DNA of 64,000 nucleotides from assembly GCF_003057965.1 (NCBI RefSeq), contig NZ_CP020921.1, forward strand, positions 1,662,916 through 1,726,915. Direction: 5' to 3'. Of this stretch, positions 17,108 to 27,194 are shown piece after piece. The position numbers and the translations under genes are program-made. The notes below the pieces were generated by a model. It was not told the origin of the DNA. It ran no database searches and worked only from the letters and a program-made list of their open reading frames with translations. This stretch comes from Thermodesulfobium acidiphilum. Lineage in GTDB: Bacteria; Thermodesulfobiota; Thermodesulfobiia; Thermodesulfobiales; Thermodesulfobiaceae. How positions within the stretch are numbered: the stretch's first letter is position 1; the number at the start of each line of letters is the position of its first letter.

Positions 17108-18586
17108 TTAAAACCCAGCAAGAACCATTCTTGCAAGATGTAAAAATATGCCAGGAAACCATCCTAACAAAATACTAATGACAGCAGTTATAAGCAATGG
17201 CACAGCCATAAATGGATTTTCTATAATGTTTTTCGTATAGTGATGTGAGTGAGCATCAACTTTTTCCTTTTCAAAAAAAGCCTTATAAGCAACAGGCAAG
17301 AAATATCCAGCATTCAATACTGTGCTAAGCAGGAATACAAATAAAAGAATTGTAGAATGCATCTCCATAGTTCCGTTTAAAAGAAACCATTTTGAAATAA
17401 ACCCGCCCGACGAGGGAATCCCTATCATGCTCAGAGACCCTATAAAAAATGCAGCCATTGTTATAGGCATTCTCTTCGCAAGACCGCTTAGCTGGCTAAC
17501 CTCTGTCTTGTGTGAACAAACAATTATAGAACCTGCACAGAAAAATAATGTAATCTTAGCAAAAGCATGGGTAGTAATATGAAAAATAGCGCCCATAATT
17601 GCGCTAGGCGTTAGCATAAAAGCACCCAAAAGGATATATGATAGCTGGCTTATTGTCGAGTATGCAAGTCTTGCTTTCAAATTATCTCTTGTAAGAGCTA
17701 TGATAGAAGCAACAGTAATAGTAAATGCTGCCATAAAAATAGCTACATCTCTTCCCCATAAAGTAGCTAGAGTCTGTGCACCAAATATAAAAAGCGTAAC
17801 CCTAAGTACTGTGAAGACGCCTGTCTTTACAACTGCCACAGCGTGCAAAAGCGCACTAACAGGGGTTGGAGCTACCATTGCAGCAGGCAACCATCCGTGT
17901 AACGGCATGATTGCACACTTTGCAAAACCATATATAAACATTAGATATAAAATTGAAAGTAAAACTTTCTGGGCAATAGCTGCTTGAGGAAAGATACCAC
18001 CGTAGTGGAATTCTAAGGTACCTGCAAGATTATATGTTATAACAATTGCAGCAACCAAAAGAAGCTTAGCAGCACCCAAAAGATATATAACATATTTTCT
18101 CGAACCTCTTTTTGCTTCTTCGTCAGTCCCATGACCGACTAATGGATATGTTGCAAGAGTAAGTGCCTCGTAAAAAAGAAACATAGAAAATAAATTGGCA
18201 GAAAACGCTACGCCCATTGTGGTAGAAAGGGCCACTGCAAAAAATGAAAAATATCTTGTTTGATTAAGTTCTTTATGACCTCGCATATAACCAATAGAAT
18301 AAAAAGTTGTCAATATCCACAAGAAAGATGCGCCCACAGCAAACAAAAACCCTAATGCGTCAACCCTAAAAGAGAATGAAATTCCGGGCAATAGTTGGAA
18401 TAAAGTAAAATGATAATCTTTTCCTTGTAAAACTGACGGTAAGAGAGACAAAACAAGCAAAAACATTATTACGCTTGCAAGTACCGACCAAAACTCTCTT
18501 AAATTTTTATTTCTTTCACCACTATAAAAAATTAGCGGGATTGCAAGTAAAGGCGTTAATATTATTATCAGAGGTAAATATTCCAT
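17108..18586 (-). CDS. MrpD-like monovalent cation/H+ antiporter subunit
   Basis: FYEALTLATYPLV, KCAIMPLHGWLPAAMVAPTPVSALLHAVAVVKTG, KARLAYSTISQLSY. Confidence 0.9.
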   Translation of the reverse strand: MEYLPLIIILTPLLAIPLIFYSGERNKNLREFWSVLASVIMFLLVLSLLPSVLQGKDYHFTLFQLLPGISFSFRVDALGFLFAVGASFLWILTTFYSIGYMRGHKELNQTRYFSFFAVALSTTMGVAFSANLFSMFLFYEALTLATYPLVGHGTDEEAKRGSRKYVIYLLGAAKLLLVAAIVITYNLAGTLEFHYGGIFPQAAIAQKVLLSILYLMFIYGFAKCAIMPLHGWLPAAMVAPTPVSALLHAVAVVKTGVFTVLRVTLFIFGAQTLATLWGRDVAIFMAAFTITVASIIALTRDNLKARLAYSTISQLSYILLGAFMLTPSAIMGAIFHITTHAFAKITLFFCAGSIIVCSHKTEVSQLSGLAKRMPITMAAFFIGSLSMIGIPSSGGFISKWFLLNGTMEMHSTILLFVFLLSTVLNAGYFLPVAYKAFFEKEKVDAHSHHYTKNIIENPFMAVPLLITAVISILLGWFPGIFLHLARMVLAGF

Positions 18587-18589
18587 ACT

Positions 18590-18892
18590 CTAACCTCTCA
18601 TATCCTTGAATAGATCTATCTTTACAGTCTTCTTAAGCCTATAAGCATTTATTAAAAGTGCAAGACCAGTAGCCATTCCTGCTCCTGCATTGGCAATAAT
18701 CAAAAGGGCAATAACCTGCCCCATAAAATCTTGCATATAGTGGCTCAAGGAAATTAGCGTTATGTTTACAGCATTTAACATAAGTTCTACACAAAGCAGC
18801 ATCATAATAATGCTTCTCCTTGTCATAAATCCAATTAAACCTATTGCAAAAATACTGGCAGCAAGTATCAGATATGCATTTAATGGCACCAT
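18590..18892 (-). CDS. nuoK: NADH-quinone oxidoreductase subunit K
   Basis: RRSIIMMLLCVELMLNAVN, 100 aa, 3 TM. Confidence 0.93.
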   Translation of the reverse strand: MVPLNAYLILAASIFAIGLIGFMTRRSIIMMLLCVELMLNAVNITLISLSHYMQDFMGQVIALLIIANAGAGMATGLALLINAYRLKKTVKIDLFKDMRG

Positions 18893-19408
18893 CTACTCAT
18901 CACTCCTTTTTCCGGCTAGGACGATAGCGGCAATCATTGGGACAAAAAGCACTACGCCCATAATAATAAGCGGCAAATTAGCCTCAGAATAAAAAACCTG
19001 TCCCAAAAGCTTAGCGTCTGAGACCTTGTTTACCAAATCTATAGAAAATTTTCCTGTAGTGTTCAAATACGACGCCTGAAGTACAATTGCTAACACGCCT
19101 AAAACACAGAAAACAAGGAACGCCTTTGGGATTGACAAAGAGCTTACATCGCTAAGGTGATCTTCGTGTTTTACGTTTAAAAGCATAATCACAAAAATTA
19201 GCATTACAAGGATTGCTCCAGCGTATACTATCATCTGAATCATAGCAAAGAATTCAGCATTCAAAAAAAGATATATGCCTGAGATGTGAACAAACAAAAG
19301 AAGTGTCCACAAAACTGCATGTATATAATTTTTTCTGGTGATTACAATCAAAGATATAATTATAGAAGCCAAGGCAAAGTATGAAAAAAACAAAACTGGT
19401 ATGTTCAT
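18893..19408 (-). CDS. nuoJ: NADH-quinone oxidoreductase subunit J
   Basis: LNAEFFAMIQMIVYAGAILV..FVIMLL. Confidence 0.93.
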   Translation of the reverse strand: MNIPVLFFSYFALASIIISLIVITRKNYIHAVLWTLLLFVHISGIYLFLNAEFFAMIQMIVYAGAILVMLIFVIMLLNVKHEDHLSDVSSLSIPKAFLVFCVLGVLAIVLQASYLNTTGKFSIDLVNKVSDAKLLGQVFYSEANLPLIIMGVVLFVPMIAAIVLAGKRSDE

Positions 19409-20406
19409 GGTAAGAACACCTTCTTTATAATCATAATAATAAACAAGTTTGTTAGGCTAAGGGGCAATAGAAACTTCCAACCAATCTTAAGTAACTGATC
19501 GAATCTGTATCTTGGCACAGTACCTCTCACCCATATATAGAAGAACATAAAGAAATAAACTTTGAGCAAAAACCAGACTATGCCTGGCACCAAGTTTAAA
19601 AATGGAAGCAAAGAAGTTAAAAAGGGAGGAAGCGTCCAACCGCCCAGGAAACAGATGGTTAGCATTGATGACATAACGTACATTGCAGAATATTCTGCCA
19701 GGAAAAATAGCCCCCATCTAAAGCCAGAATACTCAGTCAGGTATCCTGCAACCAACTCTGTTTCAGCTTCAGGCAAATCAAAAGGAGTTCTATTGGTCTC
19801 TGCAAAAGCACAAACAAGAAAAACAAAAAAACCAATTATTTGAGGAAATATGAACATTCCCCAGGGCAACTTCTCTTGGGCATAAACAATATCAGAAAGA
19901 TTAAGAGAACCAGACATAATCAAGACTGCAAGGAGCGCAACGCCCATGGGTATTTCATAACTTATTATTTGGGCGCTGGATCTAAGAGAACCTAAAAATG
20001 CATATTTCGAATTGGAAGAGTATCCAGCAATAATTATTCCGTATACTCCAAGAGATCCCATAGCCAGAATAAGAAGCAAGCCTACATTTATATTTGCCAG
20101 TACCCAACCTGCTGCATATGGAATGACTGAAAAAGATGTCATTACACAGGTAACCACTATTACAGGAGCAATTGTAAACAAAACTTTATCGGCTCCAAAT
20201 GGAATATTGTCTTCCTTAAAAAAGAGTTTTATAAGATCTGCAAACGGTTGAAACAGGCCTAAAGGACCAACTTCAGTAGGTCCAAGCCTTGCTTGAATAT
20301 GTCCCAAAATTTTTCTTTCAAAATATACTGCATAAGCAACGTGTAGTAACAAAACCCCCAAAACTATCGCAACTTTGACAATTAAAATAACAACATCTAA
20401 CAGCAT
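19405..20406 (-). CDS. nuoH: NADH-quinone oxidoreductase subunit H
   Basis: ERKILGHIQARLGP, AETNRTPFDLPEAE, PRYRFDQ. Confidence 0.96.
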   Translation of the reverse strand: MLLDVVILIVKVAIVLGVLLLHVAYAVYFERKILGHIQARLGPTEVGPLGLFQPFADLIKLFFKEDNIPFGADKVLFTIAPVIVVTCVMTSFSVIPYAAGWVLANINVGLLLILAMGSLGVYGIIIAGYSSNSKYAFLGSLRSSAQIISYEIPMGVALLAVLIMSGSLNLSDIVYAQEKLPWGMFIFPQIIGFFVFLVCAFAETNRTPFDLPEAETELVAGYLTEYSGFRWGLFFLAEYSAMYVMSSMLTICFLGGWTLPPFLTSLLPFLNLVPGIVWFLLKVYFFMFFYIWVRGTVPRYRFDQLLKIGWKFLLPLSLTNLFIIMIIKKVFLP

Positions 20407-20408
20407 AT

Positions 20409-20945
20409 CTACCCTCCTCTCCTGACTTCGTATTTAGAGAGGTCCTGAATTTTCTTGAGAAGCTTTTCGTGATCTTCCCAAACCCCTATACCCTTAAGAG
20501 GGTAATCTTTCCTTAGTGGATGCCCAACCCAATTGTCTGGCATAAAAATTCTCCTTAGATTAGGGTGGCCTCTAAATTTTATACCAAACATATCATAGCA
20601 CTCACATTCGTGCCAATTTGCCCCCTTAAAGATACAGGTTACACTGTTTACTTCCATGTCATCTTCTGGAACCTGAATCTTCACCCTGATCCTATGTTTA
20701 AATTTAATAGAATATAGGTTATAAACTACTTCATATCTAACATCCCTTAATTTATAATAATCCACCCCGCACAAGTCGGCTAAGTGATCAAATTTTAAAT
20801 TTTCGTGTCCTTTTAAAAAAAGAATGACTTCAGTATTATCATCTTTTGGAACATTAATGCTGAGCTGACCAAAATTAATTTCTTCAGATAACACCCTTTC
20901 TTTAAATTCTTCTTTCACTATCTTTAAAATCTCTTCTACAGTCAT
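20409..20945 (-). CDS. nuoC: NADH-quinone oxidoreductase subunit C
   Basis: [34 protein letters not shown]. Confidence 0.95.
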   Translation of the reverse strand: MTVEEILKIVKEEFKERVLSEEINFGQLSINVPKDDNTEVILFLKGHENLKFDHLADLCGVDYYKLRDVRYEVVYNLYSIKFKHRIRVKIQVPEDDMEVNSVTCIFKGANWHECECYDMFGIKFRGHPNLRRIFMPDNWVGHPLRKDYPLKGIGVWEDHEKLLKKIQDLSKYEVRRGG

Positions 20946-21334
20946 TGCCTCTTCCTCCTATGATACATATCGAATGCACCCTTCTTCCAGTCATAAATAT
21001 AGCCGGCAATAAGTATTGCTATAAATATCAGTACACTAATCATGGCTACAGAAGAAATGTCGTCAAAATTTATTGCCCAGGGATAAAGAAATGCAATTTC
21101 AACGTCAAATACAACAAATAGCATAGCAATAACGTAAAATTTTACTGAAAATCTCTCACCCGTTTCTCCTATCGGATCGTTTCCTGATTCGTATGGTATC
21201 AACGATTCAGAATATCTTCTCTTTAATCTAAAAAAACTTCCAAAAACCAAGATCCCAACTGCAAAAAGAAAAGCAGCTATCATCATAAATAAGACTGGTA
21301 AGTATCCTGTAGGAACATATGAACCCGGCGTCAT
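20942..21334 (-). CDS. nuoA: NADH-quinone oxidoreductase subunit A
   Basis: [32 protein letters not shown]. Confidence 0.95.
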   Translation of the reverse strand: MTPGSYVPTGYLPVLFMMIAAFLFAVGILVFGSFFRLKRRYSESLIPYESGNDPIGETGERFSVKFYVIAMLFVVFDVEIAFLYPWAINFDDISSVAMISVLIFIAILIAGYIYDWKKGAFDMYHRRKRQ

Positions 21335-21909
21335 GATGCAATCTCCTCATTCTTTTTCTTAATTTCGATTGGTTTCTCATTTCTCTTTTGGGGGGTAAGC
21401 ATCTTTTCTGGCATTCCAGGTGGCCTCCAAAACTTGTTGAAATAAAATTCTCCAGGATAATTAGCTAAAAACTCATCCCAATTAGAAAGAAGTTTTTCCT
21501 TGTTAAACAATAGATCAGACCTTTTATCCCCAAGATATTCGTATTCTTCAGTTAGAACAAGTGCATTTACCGGACAAACCTCCACGCAATAGCCACAATA
21601 AATACATCTGGTGGCATCTATAGAATATTCTTTTAATACTCTTGCGTTATTTTCATCTTTGCCCACTTCAATCTTTATGCAATTTGATGGACAGACAGTT
21701 TTACACCTCAAGCACATAATACAGCGCTCTTTGAGTTTATCCGGATCTCTTACGAGAGCTTGTCTGCCTCTAAAACCTGGAAATGGTTGTCTCTTTACAT
21801 GTGGATAAAGCCTAGTAACAGGTTTTTTCAGCATAGTTCTAAAAGTTACAGAAAGACCCCTGAACCATTCTACTAAAAGTACATCTCTAATTAATTTTTG
21901 TATCCTCAT
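21331..21909 (-). CDS. nuoI: NADH-quinone oxidoreductase subunit I
   Basis: FRGR, two CxxCxxCxxxCP ferredoxin motifs. Confidence 0.93.
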   Translation of the reverse strand: MRIQKLIRDVLLVEWFRGLSVTFRTMLKKPVTRLYPHVKRQPFPGFRGRQALVRDPDKLKERCIMCLRCKTVCPSNCIKIEVGKDENNARVLKEYSIDATRCIYCGYCVEVCPVNALVLTEEYEYLGDKRSDLLFNKEKLLSNWDEFLANYPGEFYFNKFWRPPGMPEKMLTPQKRNEKPIEIKKKNEEIAS

Positions 21910-23165
21910 TTATCCGACTCCCCTAATACAATATCAATAGAACCTATAATTGCGATAATATCTGCTACCATGTGTCCGATGGACAAAACTGGCATTGCAG
22001 AAATGTGGACAAAAGAAGGAGTTCTAAGCCTTAATCTGTATGGTTTCCCGGAACCATCGCTTACAACATAAATGCCAAGTTCACCCTTTGGCACCTCTAC
22101 TGCACTATACAAATCACCAGTATTTATCATCTTTCTTTCTTTTGAGAGAGTAATAAAAGCACTTGCAACGCTTCCAACTGCTTCAATCTGTCTTGGCGGC
22201 GTTGGAATTACTAAATCTGGAGTATCGTCGCTAACTGTCTCCCCATCTGGGAGTTGATCTAAAAGTTGTTTTATTATCTCATTAGACTGTCTTAACTCTT
22301 CCATCCTGCAAAGATATCTATCGTAAACGTCTCCATTTTTACCTGTTGGAACATAAAATTTTACAAAAGGATACGCATCATAAGGTTGATCCCTTCTAAG
22401 GTCATAATCGACTCCTGAACCTCTAAGACAAGGACCGGTAAGACCCCAGTTAAGAGCGTCTTCGGCTGAAATTTGTGCAATGCCAATAGTTCTCTCCATC
22501 CATATAGGGTTCTTGGTAAGAAGCGTCTCGTATTCTTGTATCTTTGAAGGAAATACTTTTGTGAATTCTCGCAAACTTTGAACGAATTCAGGGCTAATAT
22601 CGCATCTTACCCCACCAATCCTCGCAAAATTTGTAAGAAGCCTCGCACCCACAGTCATTTCAAAGAGATCCAAAAGCCATTCTCTTTCCCTAAAGCAATA
22701 GGTAAAGATCGTCATTGCTCCTATATCGAGTGCATGAGTAGCAAGCCATAAAAGATGACTACATATCCTTGACATCTCACAGAATATAGTTCTTATAAAT
22801 TTCGCCCTAATAGGAGCTTCAATCCCAAACAGTTTCTCAATAGCAATAGCATAAGCGGTGTTGTTGGCAGGGCTTGATATATAATCTAATCTGTCCGTAA
22901 GAGGAAGTGCTTGAGCATAGGTCTTAGATTCCATTAACTTTTCTATCCCTCTGTGTAAATAACCTATATGAGGTTCCATACCAACTATTTCTTCTCCATC
23001 AAGTCTAAGCACTAATCTAAGCACACCGTGAGTTGCAGGGTGCTGAGGACCCATGTTCAGAATCATTTCTTTCGTATCGAGATTATCCTCAATTTCTGGA
23101 AGCATACAAACGTTTTGATCAGTCAAAATCTGTTCTTTAATATCTTTTATCTCCATGCTCCCCAT
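21906..23165 (-). CDS. nuoD: NADH-quinone oxidoreductase subunit D
   Basis: [37 protein letters not shown]; no Ni-binding CxxC. Confidence 0.96.
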   Translation of the reverse strand: MGSMEIKDIKEQILTDQNVCMLPEIEDNLDTKEMILNMGPQHPATHGVLRLVLRLDGEEIVGMEPHIGYLHRGIEKLMESKTYAQALPLTDRLDYISSPANNTAYAIAIEKLFGIEAPIRAKFIRTIFCEMSRICSHLLWLATHALDIGAMTIFTYCFREREWLLDLFEMTVGARLLTNFARIGGVRCDISPEFVQSLREFTKVFPSKIQEYETLLTKNPIWMERTIGIAQISAEDALNWGLTGPCLRGSGVDYDLRRDQPYDAYPFVKFYVPTGKNGDVYDRYLCRMEELRQSNEIIKQLLDQLPDGETVSDDTPDLVIPTPPRQIEAVGSVASAFITLSKERKMINTGDLYSAVEVPKGELGIYVVSDGSGKPYRLRLRTPSFVHISAMPVLSIGHMVADIIAIIGSIDIVLGESDK

Positions 23166-23683
23166 ACCATCCTTTCCTTCTTTATCTTCTGCTGGAGATA
23201 TAAAAGAGCATGTAACAGCGCTTCAGGTCTTGGAGGACATCCAGGAAGATACACGTCAACAGGAACAATCTGGTCTACTCCCTGCAAAACTGAATAGGTA
23301 TTAAAAATTCCCCCACTATTTGCACAACTTCCCATTGATATTACATATCTTGGTTGTGGCATCTGATCATAAACTCTTCTCAAAACTGGAGCCATTTTTA
23401 GTGTTACTGTCCCAGCAACAATCATAAGATCTGCTTGTCTGGGCGATGCCCTAAACAGGATACCAAATCTGTCAAGGTCGTTATGCGGTGCACCAACAGC
23501 CATCATCTCAATAGCACAACACGCAAGGCCAAAAGTCATAGGCCAGAGGGACGATACCCTTCCCCAGTTAACAACCCAATTAATAGCCTTGTCGATGGGA
23601 GAGACAATAGTGTTTAATGCCGGAATTGCTTTTACTCCATCAGCAATTTCTATTTCTCTTTCCTTTACCTCGTTTTCGTTCAT
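23147..23683 (-). CDS. nuoB: NADH-quinone oxidoreductase subunit B
   Basis: [30 protein letters not shown]. Confidence 0.97.
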   Translation of the reverse strand: MNENEVKEREIEIADGVKAIPALNTIVSPIDKAINWVVNWGRVSSLWPMTFGLACCAIEMMAVGAPHNDLDRFGILFRASPRQADLMIVAGTVTLKMAPVLRRVYDQMPQPRYVISMGSCANSGGIFNTYSVLQGVDQIVPVDVYLPGCPPRPEALLHALLYLQQKIKKERMVWGAWR

Positions 23684-23798
23684 ATCAACCTCCTTGACAG
23701 TTACTAGAAATTAAATACACACAATAAATAGTGCAATAAATAACACTAAGTGATAAAAACTTTAAAATATTAACATTTATAATACTATCATTTTAGAA

Positions 23799-24305
23799 TT
23801 ATTTTTTCAAAGGTGATATATTCTTCGCAAATTGCTCTCTTTTAATTTGTGATGCCTCACTGGGAGATATGAATTTCAAAGCACCTGTCGTACATCCTGT
23901 AACACATGCAGGCTCTAGCCCTTGATCGATTCTATCCTTACAATAGTCACATTTCATAACCTTACCCGTCTCTGAATTCCACTGGGGCACTCCCCAGGGA
24001 CAGGCAGTAATACAGTTCTTACAACCCACGCATAAATCTTCTTTAACGTAAACAATACCATCTTTTGCTCTTTTTATCATCGCACCAGTGGGACATGCAT
24101 ATACACACCATGGTTTTTCGCAATGAAAACATGGCATAAAAACAAAGTGCATTCGGGGAACTCCTTTTACCACCTGCGGACCGGTTGGAACTATTCTGCA
24201 CAGTTTTGCACCTTCTGGAGCATTGTTCTTGGTCTTACAGTGAAGTTCACAGGCATAACAGCCTATACACCTTTTCTGATCTTGAAATATATAATACTTT
24301 CCCAC
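23799..24305 (-). CDS. 4x[4Fe-4S] electron transfer subunit (PsrB/DmsB/NrfC-like)
   Basis: CIGCYAC, CFHCEKPWCVYACP, CVGCKNCITACP, KCDYC..PACVTGC. Confidence 0.93.
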   Translation of the reverse strand: MGKYYIFQDQKRCIGCYACELHCKTKNNAPEGAKLCRIVPTGPQVVKGVPRMHFVFMPCFHCEKPWCVYACPTGAMIKRAKDGIVYVKEDLCVGCKNCITACPWGVPQWNSETGKVMKCDYCKDRIDQGLEPACVTGCTTGALKFISPSEASQIKREQFAKNISPLKK

Positions 24306-24377
24306 ATTACTCCTCCAAAAATTTTTTATTTAAAAACTACAAGCTCTTTTCTAAATAAAATAGATAATTATTAATAA

Positions 24378-26462
24378 TTATTTCACCTTCTTAACAGAAA
24401 CTGTACATTCCGTAAATGGGCAGTTTCCGCCAATTGCAACCTTTACAAGTCCCTTTTGAAGTCTTACATCAGACACTCCCTTGCCAAAAGACCTGGTTCT
24501 TAAGGGTACATCATCACCAAAGCCATGAAGCATAAAGAGTACATCAGGATGTATATATTTCGTAAGTTTTGCTTTTATATATTGCTTTTCTCCTTCATTT
24601 TCTACCTCAAGAAGATCCCCTTCTTTTATTCCAAGTTCTACTGCTCTATCTTCATGTATATATAGATGATTTTCACTCACATACTCGTTTAATAGCCTAT
24701 TGTTTAAAGTAGTTCTGCCCTGAGTGTGCAAAGCGCACTTACTGGTAACTAATCTAAACCTCCCTGGTTTCAGTTCTATTGGTTTCTCATATGGGATAAA
24801 GGAGGGAATACCTACATCTTCTAATTTTTTAGAAATGAATTCTATTTTGCCAGAAGGGGTTTTAAACTTCAAACCATCAACCCTATCCCACATTATAGGC
24901 TTATCTACCAGTTCAATGTAGCCTTTTTCATTAAAATCTTCTAATTTGTATCCAGTCCCCTCCAATTGCCAGGCAATTAGCTCTTCTATGCTATTGTAAG
25001 GAAAATATTGACCCACTCCAAGTCTGTTTGCAAGTTCTTTGAATATCCACCACCTTGGTCTGGTATCAAACCTTCTTTGAACTGCTGCCTGTCTTAGAAT
25101 GTAACCTGGCTTTGGACCATTTCTAGCTATAACATGATCCGTTCTCTCAAGATATGTATCTTCCGGCAAAATCACATCAGAGAACCAACCTGTCTCGCTG
25201 TAATTTATATCAATAGATACTAATAAATCCAATTTACTAAAAGCGTCTCTAATATAATCTGGATCTGGTAAAGAAGCAAGCGGATCGTGTCTGAATACAA
25301 TATATGCCCTTACAGGATAAGGCTCATCGGTAAGAAGCACGTGAGCTAACTCCTGAGCTAATCCCCATTGCTCGCTAAGATGGGGATATTTTGTCCCACA
25401 ACCGTCAAATCTTGGATCCTTTGGCTTTGGGACCTGAGCTAAAAGCGACTTTAGGGGCTTGCCTACAGCTTCAGGACCTTTATTAATAATTAAACCTCCC
25501 TTTGCCTCATATGCACCCAGAAGTGCATTAAGAGAACAAATAGCTCGTCTTAAATAAAAATCATTTGAGTACCACGCAGTCATCCAACCAAGGTGAAATA
25601 TTACAGATGGCTTGGCATTTCCTACATCGTGAGCTAATTTTACAATTTCGGCTGCAGGGATACCAGTCTCATTTTCAGCAAACTCAGGAGTATAGAGCTT
25701 TACAAAGTTCGAGAGTTCCTCAAAACCTACGGTCCACCTCTTAACAAAGTCAGCATCATAAAGAGAATCCTTTATAATCACGTGTATTAAGGCTAGAGCT
25801 AAAGCATAATCAGTTCCTGGGTTTATCAAAAAAAACCTATCAGCTTTTGCTGCAGTATAGTTCCACCTAACGTCAATTTGAACAAGTTTCCCACCATTTT
25901 CAATCATATCTATAACGCTTTTTGCCTCCCCCGTAACAAGAGATTCAAGCAAGTTCCTGCCAAAACTAACTAGATACTTACAATTTTTATAATCATATGT
26001 AATACCATTTCTTGCAAGACCCGCTACAGAAAGATGAGCATTGTGAATAGAATTAGAGCATGTTGCATGATGATTAAAGTAATTTGGAGATCCGATTGCA
26101 GCAAGAAAAGTTTTTTCAAATTCGGTAATTGCTCCTCCTCTATCAGACAATACAACGCTCTTCGCCCCATATTTATCAATTATATTTTTCAAATTGTCTG
26201 CTACATAGTCTAAGGCTTCGTCCCAAGAAACACTTCTCCATTTACCAGACCCTCTTTCTCCGTCACGTATTAAAGGAGTCTGAGGCCTTTCTGTATCATT
26301 TAATAGAGCTTTGCCTGCAGCTCCTCTTGGACATAAATGATACCCCCCTAAAAGATAGGGATTCCCCCAGATGTGTTCAACTTCATTTCCATTGACATCA
26401 ACCACAATAGGGCATCTTCCCGTACACATTGCACAAATACTATAAACCCTCTTGGTACCCAT
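24378..26462 (-). CDS. Molybdopterin oxidoreductase catalytic subunit (PsrA/PhsA-like), no Tat signal
   Basis: CAMCTGRC..CPRG FS0 cluster, SWDEAL, HHATC, PGTD, SDVILP, HTQGRT; GGAGG RBS before ATG 26462. Confidence 0.9.
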   Translation of the reverse strand: MGTKRVYSICAMCTGRCPIVVDVNGNEVEHIWGNPYLLGGYHLCPRGAAGKALLNDTERPQTPLIRDGERGSGKWRSVSWDEALDYVADNLKNIIDKYGAKSVVLSDRGGAITEFEKTFLAAIGSPNYFNHHATCSNSIHNAHLSVAGLARNGITYDYKNCKYLVSFGRNLLESLVTGEAKSVIDMIENGGKLVQIDVRWNYTAAKADRFFLINPGTDYALALALIHVIIKDSLYDADFVKRWTVGFEELSNFVKLYTPEFAENETGIPAAEIVKLAHDVGNAKPSVIFHLGWMTAWYSNDFYLRRAICSLNALLGAYEAKGGLIINKGPEAVGKPLKSLLAQVPKPKDPRFDGCGTKYPHLSEQWGLAQELAHVLLTDEPYPVRAYIVFRHDPLASLPDPDYIRDAFSKLDLLVSIDINYSETGWFSDVILPEDTYLERTDHVIARNGPKPGYILRQAAVQRRFDTRPRWWIFKELANRLGVGQYFPYNSIEELIAWQLEGTGYKLEDFNEKGYIELVDKPIMWDRVDGLKFKTPSGKIEFISKKLEDVGIPSFIPYEKPIELKPGRFRLVTSKCALHTQGRTTLNNRLLNEYVSENHLYIHEDRAVELGIKEGDLLEVENEGEKQYIKAKLTKYIHPDVLFMLHGFGDDVPLRTRSFGKGVSDVRLQKGLVKVAIGGNCPFTECTVSVKKVK

Positions 26463-26674
26463 AGTCTCCTCCAAAATAATTTAAGATATTATAAAACAAT
26501 TTATTTAAAATTGACAGAAAATTTAGACAATGTTTTTTCTTAAGCTATTATATATAATAAGTTACAATTATTAATTAATATATATTAATATTTAAGTGTA
26601 ACAAAAAATTACTAAAAAGTTTATAAGAATTATTTATTATCAAATTTAAAATAGTGATACGATAAGGAGTTATT

Positions 26675-27058
26675 ATGCCAGAAGCAAGTGGTAAGACATT
26701 TGAATTTAAAGACGAATCTCATATTAAAACAGATTTTCTTGAAGGTTTTAGTTTTAGCGCTGAAGAGTATATTAAGATTGAAACTAAAGAATTTAGTGCA
26801 GTCTGCCCCTTTAGTGGATTGCCAGATATTGGGCAGTTAATTATTGAATATTTCCCGGATGGAGGAATTTGTGTAGAGCTTAAGAGCTTAAAGTACTACC
26901 TCACATCATTTAGAAACGTGGGAATATATCAGGAAGCGGCCACAAAAAGAATATACGAAGATTTAAAAAAGCTTTTAAAAACCGATAGGCTAAAGGTAAC
27001 ACTTATCTATAACACGAGGGGTGGAATAAACACTTTAACAAGTATGGGAAATTTGTAA
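26675..27058 (+). CDS. queF: NADPH-dependent preQ0 reductase
   Basis: [26 protein letters not shown]. Confidence 0.93.
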   Translation: MPEASGKTFEFKDESHIKTDFLEGFSFSAEEYIKIETKEFSAVCPFSGLPDIGQLIIEYFPDGGICVELKSLKYYLTSFRNVGIYQEAATKRIYEDLKKLLKTDRLKVTLIYNTRGGINTLTSMGNL

Positions 27059-27194
27059 ACAAAAACAATAAATAAAACAAATAATATAATAAATTATTCT
27101 AATTTTAACAATAAATTTAAGCAAAAAAATAGGACTGCTCAAGTGTTAAAATAGACTTTAAATTAGAAATTTTTAATTTTGGAAGGGGCTAAAA

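Noticed and set aside
21906-23165. Group 4 [NiFe]-hydrogenase interpretation of the nuo-like operon
   Set aside because: The large subunit has RLDY and DIVLGE instead of the two CxxC Ni-binding motifs
26475-26674. preQ1 or Moco riboswitch ahead of queF or the molybdoenzyme
   Set aside because: The region is almost purely A/T with no recognisable aptamer; likewise no FMN riboswitch before ribE and no T-box before alaS
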